DNA from: Octopus sinensis
Lineage: Eukaryota
Assembly: GCF_006345805.1 (NCBI RefSeq)
Contig: NC_043000.1
Span: 80,414,001-80,478,000, forward strand
DNA: 64,000 nt
Direction of reading: 5' to 3'
Under the pieces are notes generated by a model. That model was given only the letters and a program-made list of their open reading frames with translations, was not told where the DNA came from and made no database searches. The position numbers were made by a program, and so were the translations under genes. The stretch's first letter is position 1, and each line of letters starts with the position of its first letter. Positions 50,900 to 61,729 of this stretch are shown here, one piece after another.

Positions 50900-51298
50900 T
50901 CATCATCATCATCATCATCATCGTTTAGCGTCCGTTTTCCATGCTAGCATGGGTTGGACGGTTCTACTGGGGTCTGTGAAGCCAGAAGGCTTCATCAGGC
51001 CCAGTCAAATCTGGCAGTGTTTCTACGGCTGGATGCCCTTCCTAACGCCAACCACTCCGTGAGTGTAGTAGGTGCTTTTTACATGCCACCTGCACAGGTG
51101 CCAGACAGAGCTGGCAAGCGGCCACGAACGGATGGTGCTTTTTATGTGCCACCGGCACGAGGGCCAGGCGAGGCTGGCAATGGACACAAAACGGGGCGGT
51201 GCTGGCAACGGTCGCGAAACGGAAGGTTCTCTTACATGCCACCGGCACTGGTAACACATCTGCAATTTCCATTGATCGATTTCCATTGATCGATTTCG
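50900..51298 (-). mobile_element. RTE LINE 3' UTR-only copy with (GAT)n tail
   Basis: Nearly identical to 54911-55300. Confidence 0.88.
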
Positions 51299-51569
51299 AT
51301 ATATACGTAAAGCTAGAACATCCCAATGTTACACATATACATACCTGAACATTTGTAGAGATGAGCCACATTTAGAATAAAAAATGCAAATTCTTCACTT
51401 TACCTTCAAACATTCAAATTTAGAGAGAATCCCTCGATGAAGTGTGTGTGTGTGTGTTTGGGTACATGTCCATGTTTATACTGTGTAACTTCTATCATGC
51501 CTCTTTCATTTTCATGTTTCTGCATTAGGGAACATTAGCATAACACTTACAAAATGTTCTGTCTCTACT

Positions 51570-52215
51570 TTTCTTTCAAACATTGAATTTTGGAGATAAT
51601 TTTTTGATGAAATGTAGTTCTATTGCTTTTCGGTATTGCAGATCATCCCATGCACATTTGTAAAAGGGAAAATTTTGAATTTTCATTTGCTGCACATTCC
51701 CAGATGCTTACTTAATGGAATCTTGCATAATTCCTCTTGACGGATATGTTGCCTGTGGATGTTGGCAAAGGGAATTATTTGTTTTGCCAATGTAATTTTC
51801 TTTTCAGTTTGGGCCGGTAATGCAGTATATGATGTTTTGAATTTTGCAGTTCATATCTGCATTTATTTTGAAAAGGGATCCGCTGTTGAATTTTATGTGG
51901 GAACCACTTTCCAAGTATTTGAAGTTGTTGATGTTGTTACATGTTCCGCATCTCCTATCTCCACATTCTTTTACTAAGAATTCTGATTCATTCTCCGATT
52001 TGAATTCTGCTCTTGTGAGGTGTTTTTTAAGACGTTTTGGTTGGCATCTGCTATTCTGTAGGGTGTTTTTATCAATCAGACTTTTCATTTTGGGGCTTTG
52101 TAAGAGTATAGGTAAGTTTGATTTTATGGTGTGAAAGACGTTGGTTATTCCAGGACTGTGTGCATCAGTGAGCGGAATCGTGTTTTCATTAACTTTTGTG
52201 CAAGATTCCATTAAG
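51570..52215 (-). pseudogene. Penelope-like element GIY-YIG endonuclease region
   Basis: KECGDRRCGTC...FKINADMNCKIQNIIYCITGPN*KENYIGKT...PFYK...RKAIELHFIKKLSPKFN. Confidence 0.8.
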
Positions 52216-52488
52216 TAAGCATCTGGAAATAAGCAGTGACAGAAAATTCAAAATTTTCACTTTTAAAAATGTGCATGGGATGATCGACAATACTGAAAAG
52301 CAATGGAACTACATTTCATCAAAAACTTATCTCCAAAATTCAATGTTTGAAAGAAAAGCAGAGACAGTACACTTTGTAAGTGTTATACTAATGTTCTCTA
52401 ATGCAGAAACATGAAAATGAAAGAGGCATGATAGAAGTTACGCAATATAAACATGGACACACTCCCAAACACACACACACACACAGAG

Positions 52489-52564
<76 letters not shown>

Positions 52565-52620
52565 CATCTATCTAGCTAGCTAGCTAGCTAGCTAACTATC
52601 CATCTATCCATCTATCTATA
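52489..52620. repeat. (TCTA)n/(TAGC)n microsatellite
   Basis: Direct reading; another (TCTA)n at 53882-53938. Confidence 0.95.
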
Positions 52621-52896
52621 TACCTACCTATATTTCCATCTATCCATCTCCATTATCTTGGAACCTCACCCAAAAAAAACAAAAGCAATGTTCTCTTCTA
52701 AACAGCCCCGCCCCCAAACAGTTTTATATAAATAAACAAGCTGTTTGTACATTCACAAAATTTTATTTGACAAGTTCAAGAAAGGAACAAAAGTGCTAAT
52801 AACGATGAAATAAAAAGATTTTTAAAACAAATTCTGACGACTTTTTTCTCAATATATATATATAAATATATGTATGTATATATATGTATATATATA

Positions 52897-52929
<33 letters not shown>

Positions 52930-52950
52930 CATGTGTGTGTGTGTGTGTGT

Positions 52951-52984
<34 letters not shown>

Positions 52985-53044
52985 ATGTAGAAATACTAAT
53001 ATTTCTATTTTTGAAAAGCAGCGGATGTATTCCAATGAATTTAT

Positions 53045-53310
53045 GTAAATAATCCTTCGAACAGACGGTCAGTAGTGATACCTGCTCAGTTCAGCTGCTC
53101 TACATTGATAATGGGCAAATACTCTGAAACTAGTCTGTAGATGCCAGACCAGCAAGGGGAAGCAGCTAATCTCCCCTGTGCGAAGGTTATAATGGACACA
53201 GGTTCGTGTGTCACATAGCTAGCAAGAGGCAATGGCCTTTTGGAGCTAATCAATGGCAGCAGTCGTCCTATTTTCCTGGACTGCCATGTTAGCTTGGCGA
53301 TAACTATTAA
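53045..53310 (+). mobile_element. ~265-bp HHR-containing repeat, homolog of the 42737-43010 minus-strand unit
   Basis: Same start (gtaaataa..ttcgaacaga) and same end (gataactattaatat). Confidence 0.8.
53100..53140 (+). ncRNA. Minimal hammerhead ribozyme, U3-A8 core variant
   Basis: ctaca-TTGATAA-tggg caaata ctct-GAAA-CTAGT-C-tgtag. Confidence 0.62.
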
Positions 53311-53882
53311 TATATGCAGATGTATGTATGCATGTATGTATGTATGTATGTATGTATGTATGTATGTATGTGTGTATATATATATATATATATTATATAT
53401 ATATATACACGCACACATACATAATTGTAAATATATATATATATAGAGAGAGAGAATGCAACTAGGGCTGCACATCAACCAGAGCAAATGAATGAAGCAT
53501 TGCTTGACTGAAAATGCAAGAATCTTGAAAATCTCACTTGACCAAAGAACTTTTTAAAACTTCAAAACAGAGATTTTTAGCTAACGCTCTCATCAGAGTA
53601 AATTTAATCTGGATTCATGGAACTTCCTGTTTACCAACTAGAGAAATACTGCTGTCATCAGCTATCTTTGACATAACTGAAACTAATTTAAGAGGGATAA
53701 GTCCACTTTGCCCAATGTTTTGCCAGGAGAGTTTCATTCCATAATATTTTGTTTACAAAATTAACTGACGATTACATTTTTCTCCTTCCAGTTGTAGAGA
53801 GGTTATGTGCCTCTGGCCATTTCAGTCTGACAAGTCACTTATACAGCGAAGTGCTTTATAGGTGAAAAATCAATAGTTACTC

Positions 53883-53938
<56 letters not shown>

Positions 53939-54009
53939 CATATATATATATATATTATATTATATATATATATATTATATATATATATATATAATATATA
54001 TATATATTA

Positions 54010-54048
<39 letters not shown>

Positions 54049-54109
54049 TTGTAGAAAACATAAGTCTGAAAGAAGAAGCACACTCTAAGTTGTAGAGCAG
54101 TATATTTTA

Positions 54110-54255
54110 AAAATGGGGAAGGCCAGTTTATGGATTGCCTTAGGTTTCCTATCCATAAAAGGTTTAGCTATATGGCTTTATGGATACCCCATAAAGCTAA
54201 ACCCTTTATGGTTGGAAAACCTAAGATGATGCTATAAAATGCCCTTCCCCATTTT
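54110..54255. mobile_element. ~146-bp foldback/hairpin MITE-like element
   Basis: aaaatggggaagg / ccttccccatttt termini; internal arms ttaggtttcctatccataaaaggtttagct / agctaaaccctttatggttggaaaacctaa. Confidence 0.7.
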
Positions 54256-54282
54256 AATATATATATATATATGTATTAATAA

Positions 54283-54724
54283 AAGGAACTCCAACCTTGT
54301 CTGATTTTCTAAAAATAGCCCAACAATTGCTGCCTCGGCCAGGGTTAAGATACAGGACTCTTGACATGTCCAACAAAGTGTAACGCCTAAACCAATCAGC
54401 TCAACCAACTAATCAGCTTAAGTAATTGAGTGATACTACACACTGATTGGTCAGAATACAGTTTGCAAAACCTAGCAATCTGGAGCCCACACAGCTGTAT
54501 TTAAGGCACAGATTCATTCATCTCGCTACAGTCAAAAATTGTGAAGCATGACTGTCACCACTACTTCATGAACCTGAAGATTGCAGAATTTAATGCATGA
54601 AAGTACTAGTTCAATCAGAATGAACATTTAACATTCTATTATCTTATTTTATTTTATTATATTATATTATATCATTATAAGATTGTAAATAAAACGTGAA
54701 AATCAGACAAGGTTGGAATTCCTT
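54283..54724 (+). mobile_element. LTR/pLTR-like unit with 26-bp terminal inverted repeats
   Basis: aaggaactccaaccttgtctgatttt / aaaatcagacaaggttggaattcctt (1 mismatch); CCAAT, TATTTAA, HHR and AATAAA in that order. Confidence 0.65.
54569..54613 (+). ncRNA. Minimal type-I hammerhead ribozyme with canonical core
   Basis: tgaac-CTGAAGA-t-tgca gaatttaa tgca-t-GAAA-GTACT-A-gttca; CUA triplet. Confidence 0.72.
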
Positions 54725-54763
54725 CTATACACAATCACACACACCCGTATATATATCTATATA

Positions 54764-54802
<39 letters not shown>

Positions 54803-54910
54803 GAGAGAGAGAGAGAGAGATGATTATAAAGATATATTATGTGTGTGTGTGTGTGTGTGTATGTGTGTGTGTTTGTGTGTGTATATATGTATATGCGTTA
54901 TATATATATA

Positions 54911-56415
54911 TCATCATCATCATCATCATCATCGTTTAGCGTCCGTTTTCCATGCTAGCATGGGTTGGACGGTTCTACTGGGGTCTGTGAAGCCAGAAGG
55001 CTTCATCAGGCCCAGTCAAATCTGGCAGTGTTTCTACGGCTGGATGCCCTTCCTAACGCCAACCACTCCGTGAGTGTAGTGGGTGCTTTTTACGTGCCAC
55101 CCGCACAGGTGCCAGACAGAGCTGGCAAACGGCCACGAACGGATGGTGCTTTTTATGTGCCACCGGCACAAGGGCCAGGCGAGGCTGGCAACGGACACGA
55201 AACGGGGCGGTGCTGGCAACGGTCGCGAAACGGAAGGTTCTCTTACATGCCAACAGCACTGGTAACACATCTGCAATTTCCATTGATCGATTTCCATTCT
55301 GATCCTCACTTGCCTCAACGGGTCTTCACAAGTAGAGTATCGACATGCCACCGGCACTGGTAACACATCGGCAATTTCCATTGATCGATTCGATTCTGAT
55401 CCTCACTTGCCTCAACAGGTCTTCACAAGTAGAGTTTTGTGTCCCAAGAATGGAAGGTATGCATACGTAGGCTGGCTCCATCCCAAGTAGAAGCCCACGG
55501 GTTATGGACTCACTTGTCCTGCCGGGTCTTCTCGCGCACAGCACACTTCCATAGGACTCGGTCTCTAGTCATTTCCTCAGTGAGACCTAAAGTTCGAAGG
55601 TCGTGCTTCACCACCTCGTCCCAGGTTTTCCTGGGTCTGCCTCTTCCACAGGTTCCCTCAACCCCTAGGGTGTGGCACTTTTTCACACAACTATCTTCAT
55701 CCATTCTCGCCACATGACCATACCAGCGCAATCGTCTCTCTTGCACACCACAACTGATGCTTCTTAGGTCCAGCTTTTCTCTCAAGGTACTTACACTCTG
55801 TCGATTATGAACACTGACATTACACATCCATCGGAGCATACTGGCTTCATTTCTTGCGAGCTTATGCATATCCTCAGCAGTCACGGCCCATGTTTCACTG
55901 CCATGTAGCATGGCTGTTCATACACACGCATCATACAGTCTGCCTTTCACTCTGTGCGAGAGGCCTTTTGTCACCAGCAGGGGTAAGAGCTCTCTGAACT
56001 TTGCCCAAGCTATTCTTACTCTAGCAGTTACACTTTCAGCACACCCGCCCCCGCTGCTGACTTGGTCACCTAGGTAACGGAAACTATCAACTATTTCTAG
56101 TTTTTCTCCCTGGAAAGTGACAGAAGTTGGTCTCAGAGCATTTTCAGTGTTTATTGTTCCTGAGCATCTGCCACATACAAAAACCATCTTCCTAGTTAGC
56201 CTTCCTTTGACGTTGCTGCACCTCTTATGTGTCCATAGCTTACACTTGGTGCATCTTATAGAGTTTCTACCTACACCTTTTCTACAGATCGAGCAGGGCC
56301 ATCTACCTGAAGGCGTGTGTGATTTGTCTACCTTCCTACTGATTACAACTTTGGTTTTAGCTAGATTGACTCTGAGGCCCTTCGATTCTAATCCTTGTTT
56401 CCACACCTGAAACTT
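54911..56415 (-). mobile_element. 5'-truncated RTE LINE with PHD finger, full 3' UTR and (GAT)n tail
   Basis: ORFs 55918-56410 and 55510-55911 (frameshift): WPCSICRKG...CGRC; FRYLGD; GSETW; RRLRWYGHVARM; RGRPRKTW; ~97-bp internal duplication at ~55245-55435. Confidence 0.93.
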
Positions 56416-57031
56416 CTTATATATATGTTCTGTAATGACCAGTTTCCTGAACCACATACACCTACAGATATTGCTAGATAATTCCTAACTCTGGTACAGG
56501 TCTCATATTTTTAGGTAAGACAGTCTAACTGAGTTAATCAGTTCAATTATGTTACTGGAACTTAACACATTCCAGAGGAATAAAGAGTAAAGTCTATGCC
56601 TGCAAGATTTGAACTTAGAATGTAAATGTTCCATTAAATACTGCAATAATCTACAATTTGAACCAGTTCACTCAAATCAACAACAACACCATGACGACTA
56701 CCATCATAACCACCACCACCAACAAAAACAAAAGCACTGCCATCATCATATAACTACCTCCATCTCCATCATAATTATCTCCTACTCCTCCATCACTACC
56801 ACCACCAGCACTTTCACCATAACTATCACTATCACTATCACCATCGCTAACTCCACTAACACCACAGCCATCTTACATTACACAAAATGATTTATTATCA
56901 GAAGTTTAAAATATCATTAAAGTTTATCTGTAATGGAATTTTCAAGTGAAATTCTATTTTTCATGTTTATAAAAATATATTCCTAAATACGAGGTAAATA
57001 CATTCTAGTTATTGTTTGAGGAATTATGATA

Positions 57032-57097
<66 letters not shown>

Positions 57098-57901
57098 TGT
57101 ATGTATGTATGTATGTATGTATGTATGTATGTATGTATGTATGTATGTTTGTATGTATGTATACACACATGCACATGTATATGAATATGTATGTGCATAT
57201 ATATATATACACATATGTTTCATACTTTGTTTAAAGATTTTCAATGTATAAATTTTGGTAGTTCTTTGTAGAACAGAATGACAGTTATTGTTCTTCTAGT
57301 TCTTCTGCCATTTAGATATTATAAAGTTGTACACAGAGTGGTTAAATCTTAAGATCCTGGAAAGATTTTTTGAAAGTTAATTCACTTTGCAGTTTCAAGA
57401 ATGTATATTGTTATTTTTTTTAATGATTTATGCTCATTTGGATTTTAATATTATATGTATATAAGTATATACATATATGTGTGTATGTTTGTTAAGATAT
57501 ACTTAAGCACAAAGGTTGTATAAGCATGTACACAATCATATCCCAATGTTTAATGGATAATAACTCTATATTCATACTTATTCATAACCCATCCTGTATT
57601 TGTGTTACTTAAGTTATTGTGTGTGTGCATACATGTGTGTAGATGCATGTGTGCACGAGTGAGTGTTTATATGTACATACACACATGCTAACCATATACT
57701 CATATACAGATATATACATACAATAAATGTACATGTACACACACACACACGCACATATGTGTATATATGTGTATGTATGTATATATATGTATATACATGT
57801 TATATATGTTATATCTATATGTACTTGCATATATATATATGCACAATTTCATACACACACATATATATAATATATATGTATATATAATATATGTGTATAT
57901 G

Positions 57902-57962
<61 letters not shown>

Positions 57963-58774
57963 GAGAGAGAGAGAGAGAGAGGGTAAAGAGAGATACACAC
58001 ACATACACACTTGCAAACATACATACATACATACATACATACATACATACTACATACATACATACTACATACATACATACATACATACATACATACATGC
58101 ATACATACATACATACACATGCATGCATGTATGTATTTATGTTTTCCTTTAAAAACTATGTTAAGAATGTTATGGAAGAAATCTAGTTTTTGTGAAAAAG
58201 TAAGTTGTTTGAAAATAGATTGTTGTTATTGGAAACATGTTTATATTTCTTTACAGAATCCCAGAATCAACTAAATAAACTCACTCTTTATATTTTAACA
58301 GTTTTATTCTTTTAGGCATTCAATATTCATCAAAATTAATTGATATCTGTTGGATTGTTAGAAACATTAGAGGATTAGGAAAAATGTTGTGCTATATTTG
58401 TTCTGGTGTCTTACCTTAGGATTTCAAATTGTACTGAGTCCATCTTTGATTTTCATCCCTCCTGACTTAATAAAATATAGTACCAGTTAAGTACTGGAGT
58501 CAATGTAATCGATTAAATTCCTCTCCTAGCATATCTATAAGCATGTACACAATCATATCCCAATGTTTAAAGGATAATAACTCTATATTCATACTTATTC
58601 ATTACCCATCCTGTGCCTAAGTAAGAACCCCACAAGACTTTCCATCCTTCCAGGATTCATAAAATGAGTCCCAGTCAGGCACTGAGATCAGTGTAGTCAA
58701 CTAGTCCATTCTCCTAAAATTTTAAACCATGTAACTACAGTAGAAAGAATTATTATTATTATTATTATTATTAT

Positions 58775-59373
58775 TTACTAGTCTTATTTTTATAACATGC
58801 TTTCACTGCACTACCGAGCGCAGCTCTGTGTGCCTTGGGTATGTGGTGTGGTTTGCGGTGATGTTCTTATGGTTACTGTATTGAAAGTGTTTTGCATAGG
58901 ATGTGTGCAGTGCCTAGTAGTGCTATTTTCTGTATGTTATATATATTTGATAGTCCTGGTGTATTTGTTATGTATTTGTCTGAATATTTTTTTATCATGC
59001 TGAATGCACTAATTATGTTAGAAATTGTTTCTGGTTTTGACTCTACAATCAAGTTTCCTCTATTTCCAGGTCTTTGTATTTTAAAAGTTTCTCCATTTCT
59101 TTTAGAGAAACGTTGTTATCTGTTGGTATTGATACGTCAGTTAGAAAGCATTTTTTTTTCTTCATGATCTCTGACAACTATATCTGGTCTGTTGGCCTTA
59201 ATTTCTCTATCTGTGTGTATTGGCATATCCCATAGTAGTGATGCTTTCTCATTTTCTGTGACCTTTTCTGGTGTGTGCCTATACCATCTTTTTTCTGTTG
59301 TTATTCCATAAAGTTGGCATAGCTTCCAGTGTATGTAGGTCACAACTCTGTCGTGTCTGTGAATATATTCCTT
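58775..59373 (-). mobile_element. 5'-truncated R4/Dong-like element in a (TAA)n tract
   Basis: KEYIHRHDRV...WDMPIHTDREIKANRPDI; same 3' UTR as 61727; (TAA)n at both ends. Confidence 0.88.
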
Positions 59374-59375
59374 TA

Positions 59376-59582
59376 TTATTATAGTTTTCATGAGTTTTTT
59401 CCACCAGGAACCTTTCGTAATGCCTCTCCCTATTGGGAGTTTTTCGTTGTTATATTTACGTTGTTACATTGCTTTTTTACTCGGATTTTTCACAAACGGA
59501 CAAAACCCTTTGTAACCTTTCGCCTGTTTTTTCCCTTTTATGTTATAATTAATTTTTGTCAGCCCTTGTGGCCAATAAAAGA
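59376..59582 (+). mobile_element. L1/Tx1-like 3' UTR remnant
   Basis: T-rich UTR ending gtggccAATAAAagaa before (TTA)n. Confidence 0.45.
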
Positions 59583-59626
59583 ATTTATTATTATTATTAT
59601 CATTATTATTATTATTATTATTATTA

Positions 59627-59657
<31 letters not shown>

Positions 59658-59673
59658 CATTATTATTATTATT

Positions 59674-59985
59674 CAGTAGTTTTATTTTTATAACGTGCTT
59701 TCACTTCACTACTGAGCACAGCTCTGTGTGCCTTGGGTATGTGCTGTGATTTGTTGTGATGCTCTGATGGTTACTGTATTGAAAGTGTTCTGCGTAGGAT
59801 GTGTGCAGTGCCTAGTAGTGCAATTTTCTGTATGTTATATGTGTTTGTAAGTCCTGGTGTTTTTGTTATGTATTTGTCTGAATATTTTTTTATCATGCCT
59901 AATGCACCTACTATGATAGGAATTGTTTCTGTTTTTAGATTCCACATTCGAGTTACCTCTATTTCCAGGTCTTTCTTTTTGAAAG
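59674..59985 (-). mobile_element. Short 5'-truncated R4/Dong-like copy in (TAA)n
   Basis: KDLEIEVTRMWNLKTETIPIIVGALG...LRRTLSIQ*; near-identical to the 61727 3' end. Confidence 0.9.
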
Positions 59986-60064
59986 TTTTATCATTATTAT
60001 TATTATTATTATATTCCTGCTGAGTGAGAGGACAATGCATGTCATTATTAAAGTGACATTGGGG

Positions 60065-60375
60065 TACAATTACACTTATTTTAACAGGTTGGTTGATGTA
60101 GCAGAAATGGCCTGAGTGAATGGGCCTACTCTAAGCATGTGCCTCTAGATCGAGAGTAGATGAAGTGGAGAGGGCACTTGCCCTAGAGTTCAGGGTGATC
60201 GTGATTTTTGTGGGCTTTCCACAAACAACCCTTGGAAGTCTCCCTCTTTTGGGGATTTATTTGTTATAATTTTTATCATCATTTCCTTTTTACATGATTC
60301 AGTCCTACTCTGTATGTATTGTTTTGTGCTGTACTGTCTCCAATATTTTATATGAACGCTCAGTGGTTAATAAAA
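60065..60375 (+). mobile_element. Probable L1/Tx1-like LINE 3' end
   Basis: Short ORF-end-like segment, T-rich UTR, AATAAAaaa. Confidence 0.4.
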
Positions 60376-60403
60376 AACGGATTATAATTACTGCTACTAC
60401 TAT

Positions 60404-60480
<77 letters not shown>

Positions 60481-60844
60481 TTATTATTATTATTATATTA
60501 TTATTATTATTATTATTATTATTGTCAACATTTATTTACATTGTTGTTACTTTGTTTAATATGAGCTGTTTCAAGTATCACCCAGAGACCTCTTGTGACA
60601 GCAAGTTGGACATTTTACAATAGGTGTTATTTACAAATAACATGATATATTGTAGGAAAAGGAGACCAGAATCTAATGACTAAGATTTTGTTAAATCTGT
60701 AATATTTCAGCTTTGAAAGTGTATTAAGAAAGTAAGATATTTTCAAGTGGACAATGTGTTTAATAGGATCTGGGCTATACCAAAGAGAATGATTTTTGTG
60801 GTTCTGATACTTTAGGGTTGTTGTTATTATTATTATTGTTGTTG

Positions 60845-61400
60845 TTGTTGAAAGAGCAGCACACACCATCAAAGTGACACTGGAGTACAAATATATAAAG
60901 CTCAGTATACTCATCATGACTATTCATCTGGCACATGCTTCACAACCATATGTGTGTGACATGGTGACTGCATATCAAGATAAATACTGCATGACCTTGC
61001 AGATAGGAGCCAATTAGAATTTTCTTCAGGTCAAGTACCTCATCCCACTCAAAAGTTCCTTGAATAAACGTCGTTTAAGGATGTTGAACAAAACACCCAT
61101 GTCTCCAGTGGTGAATTATTCAAACTCTCAACACATGGCTATGATGCTATAATGCTCCCCCACTATTCTTGTTCATGATCAGAGATGCACATATTGTCAA
61201 CCACTGAGGGATATGCTCAACTGATTAAGATCAAACAACTGACAAGCAAATCTGTGGTATTTGAGCAGAATATTTGTTGTAGCCCATCTTTTACATCAAG
61301 ATAAAGCATGTATATGATAATACATCCAATTAGCTAAGTCAGAAGCCATGAGAGCCAGTGTCTGGTATTGCATCAGGGCATTGTCACTGCCTGTATTATT
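60845..61400. repeat. Unclassified interspersed repeat between (TTG/TTA)n tracts
   Basis: Start aaagtgacactggagtacaa recurs at ~60050; resembles a family recalled from octopus sequence. Confidence 0.35.
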
Positions 61401-61457
61401 ATTTTTAAAAAATTTGAAACCATACTATTACTACTACTACTACTACTACTACTATAT

Positions 61458-61660
61458 TAAGGTGGTGAGCTGGCAGAACCATTGGCACACTGGGCAACAT
61501 TATTAATGGCATTTTGTCCATCTTTACATTCTCAGTTGAAATTCTGTTGAGGTTGACTTTGCCTTCATCCTTTTGGGGTTGATAAAGTAAGTAGCAGCTG
61601 AGCAATGGGGTCAATGTAATCGATTTAACCCCTCCTCACCAAAACTGTTGGCTTGTGTTA
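61458..61660 (+). mobile_element. SINE with Nin/Deu-like domain
   Basis: Homologous to 45515-45720. Confidence 0.72.
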
Positions 61661-61679
61661 AAATTTGAAATGATTATTA

Positions 61680-61726
<47 letters not shown>

Positions 61727-61729
<3 letters not shown>

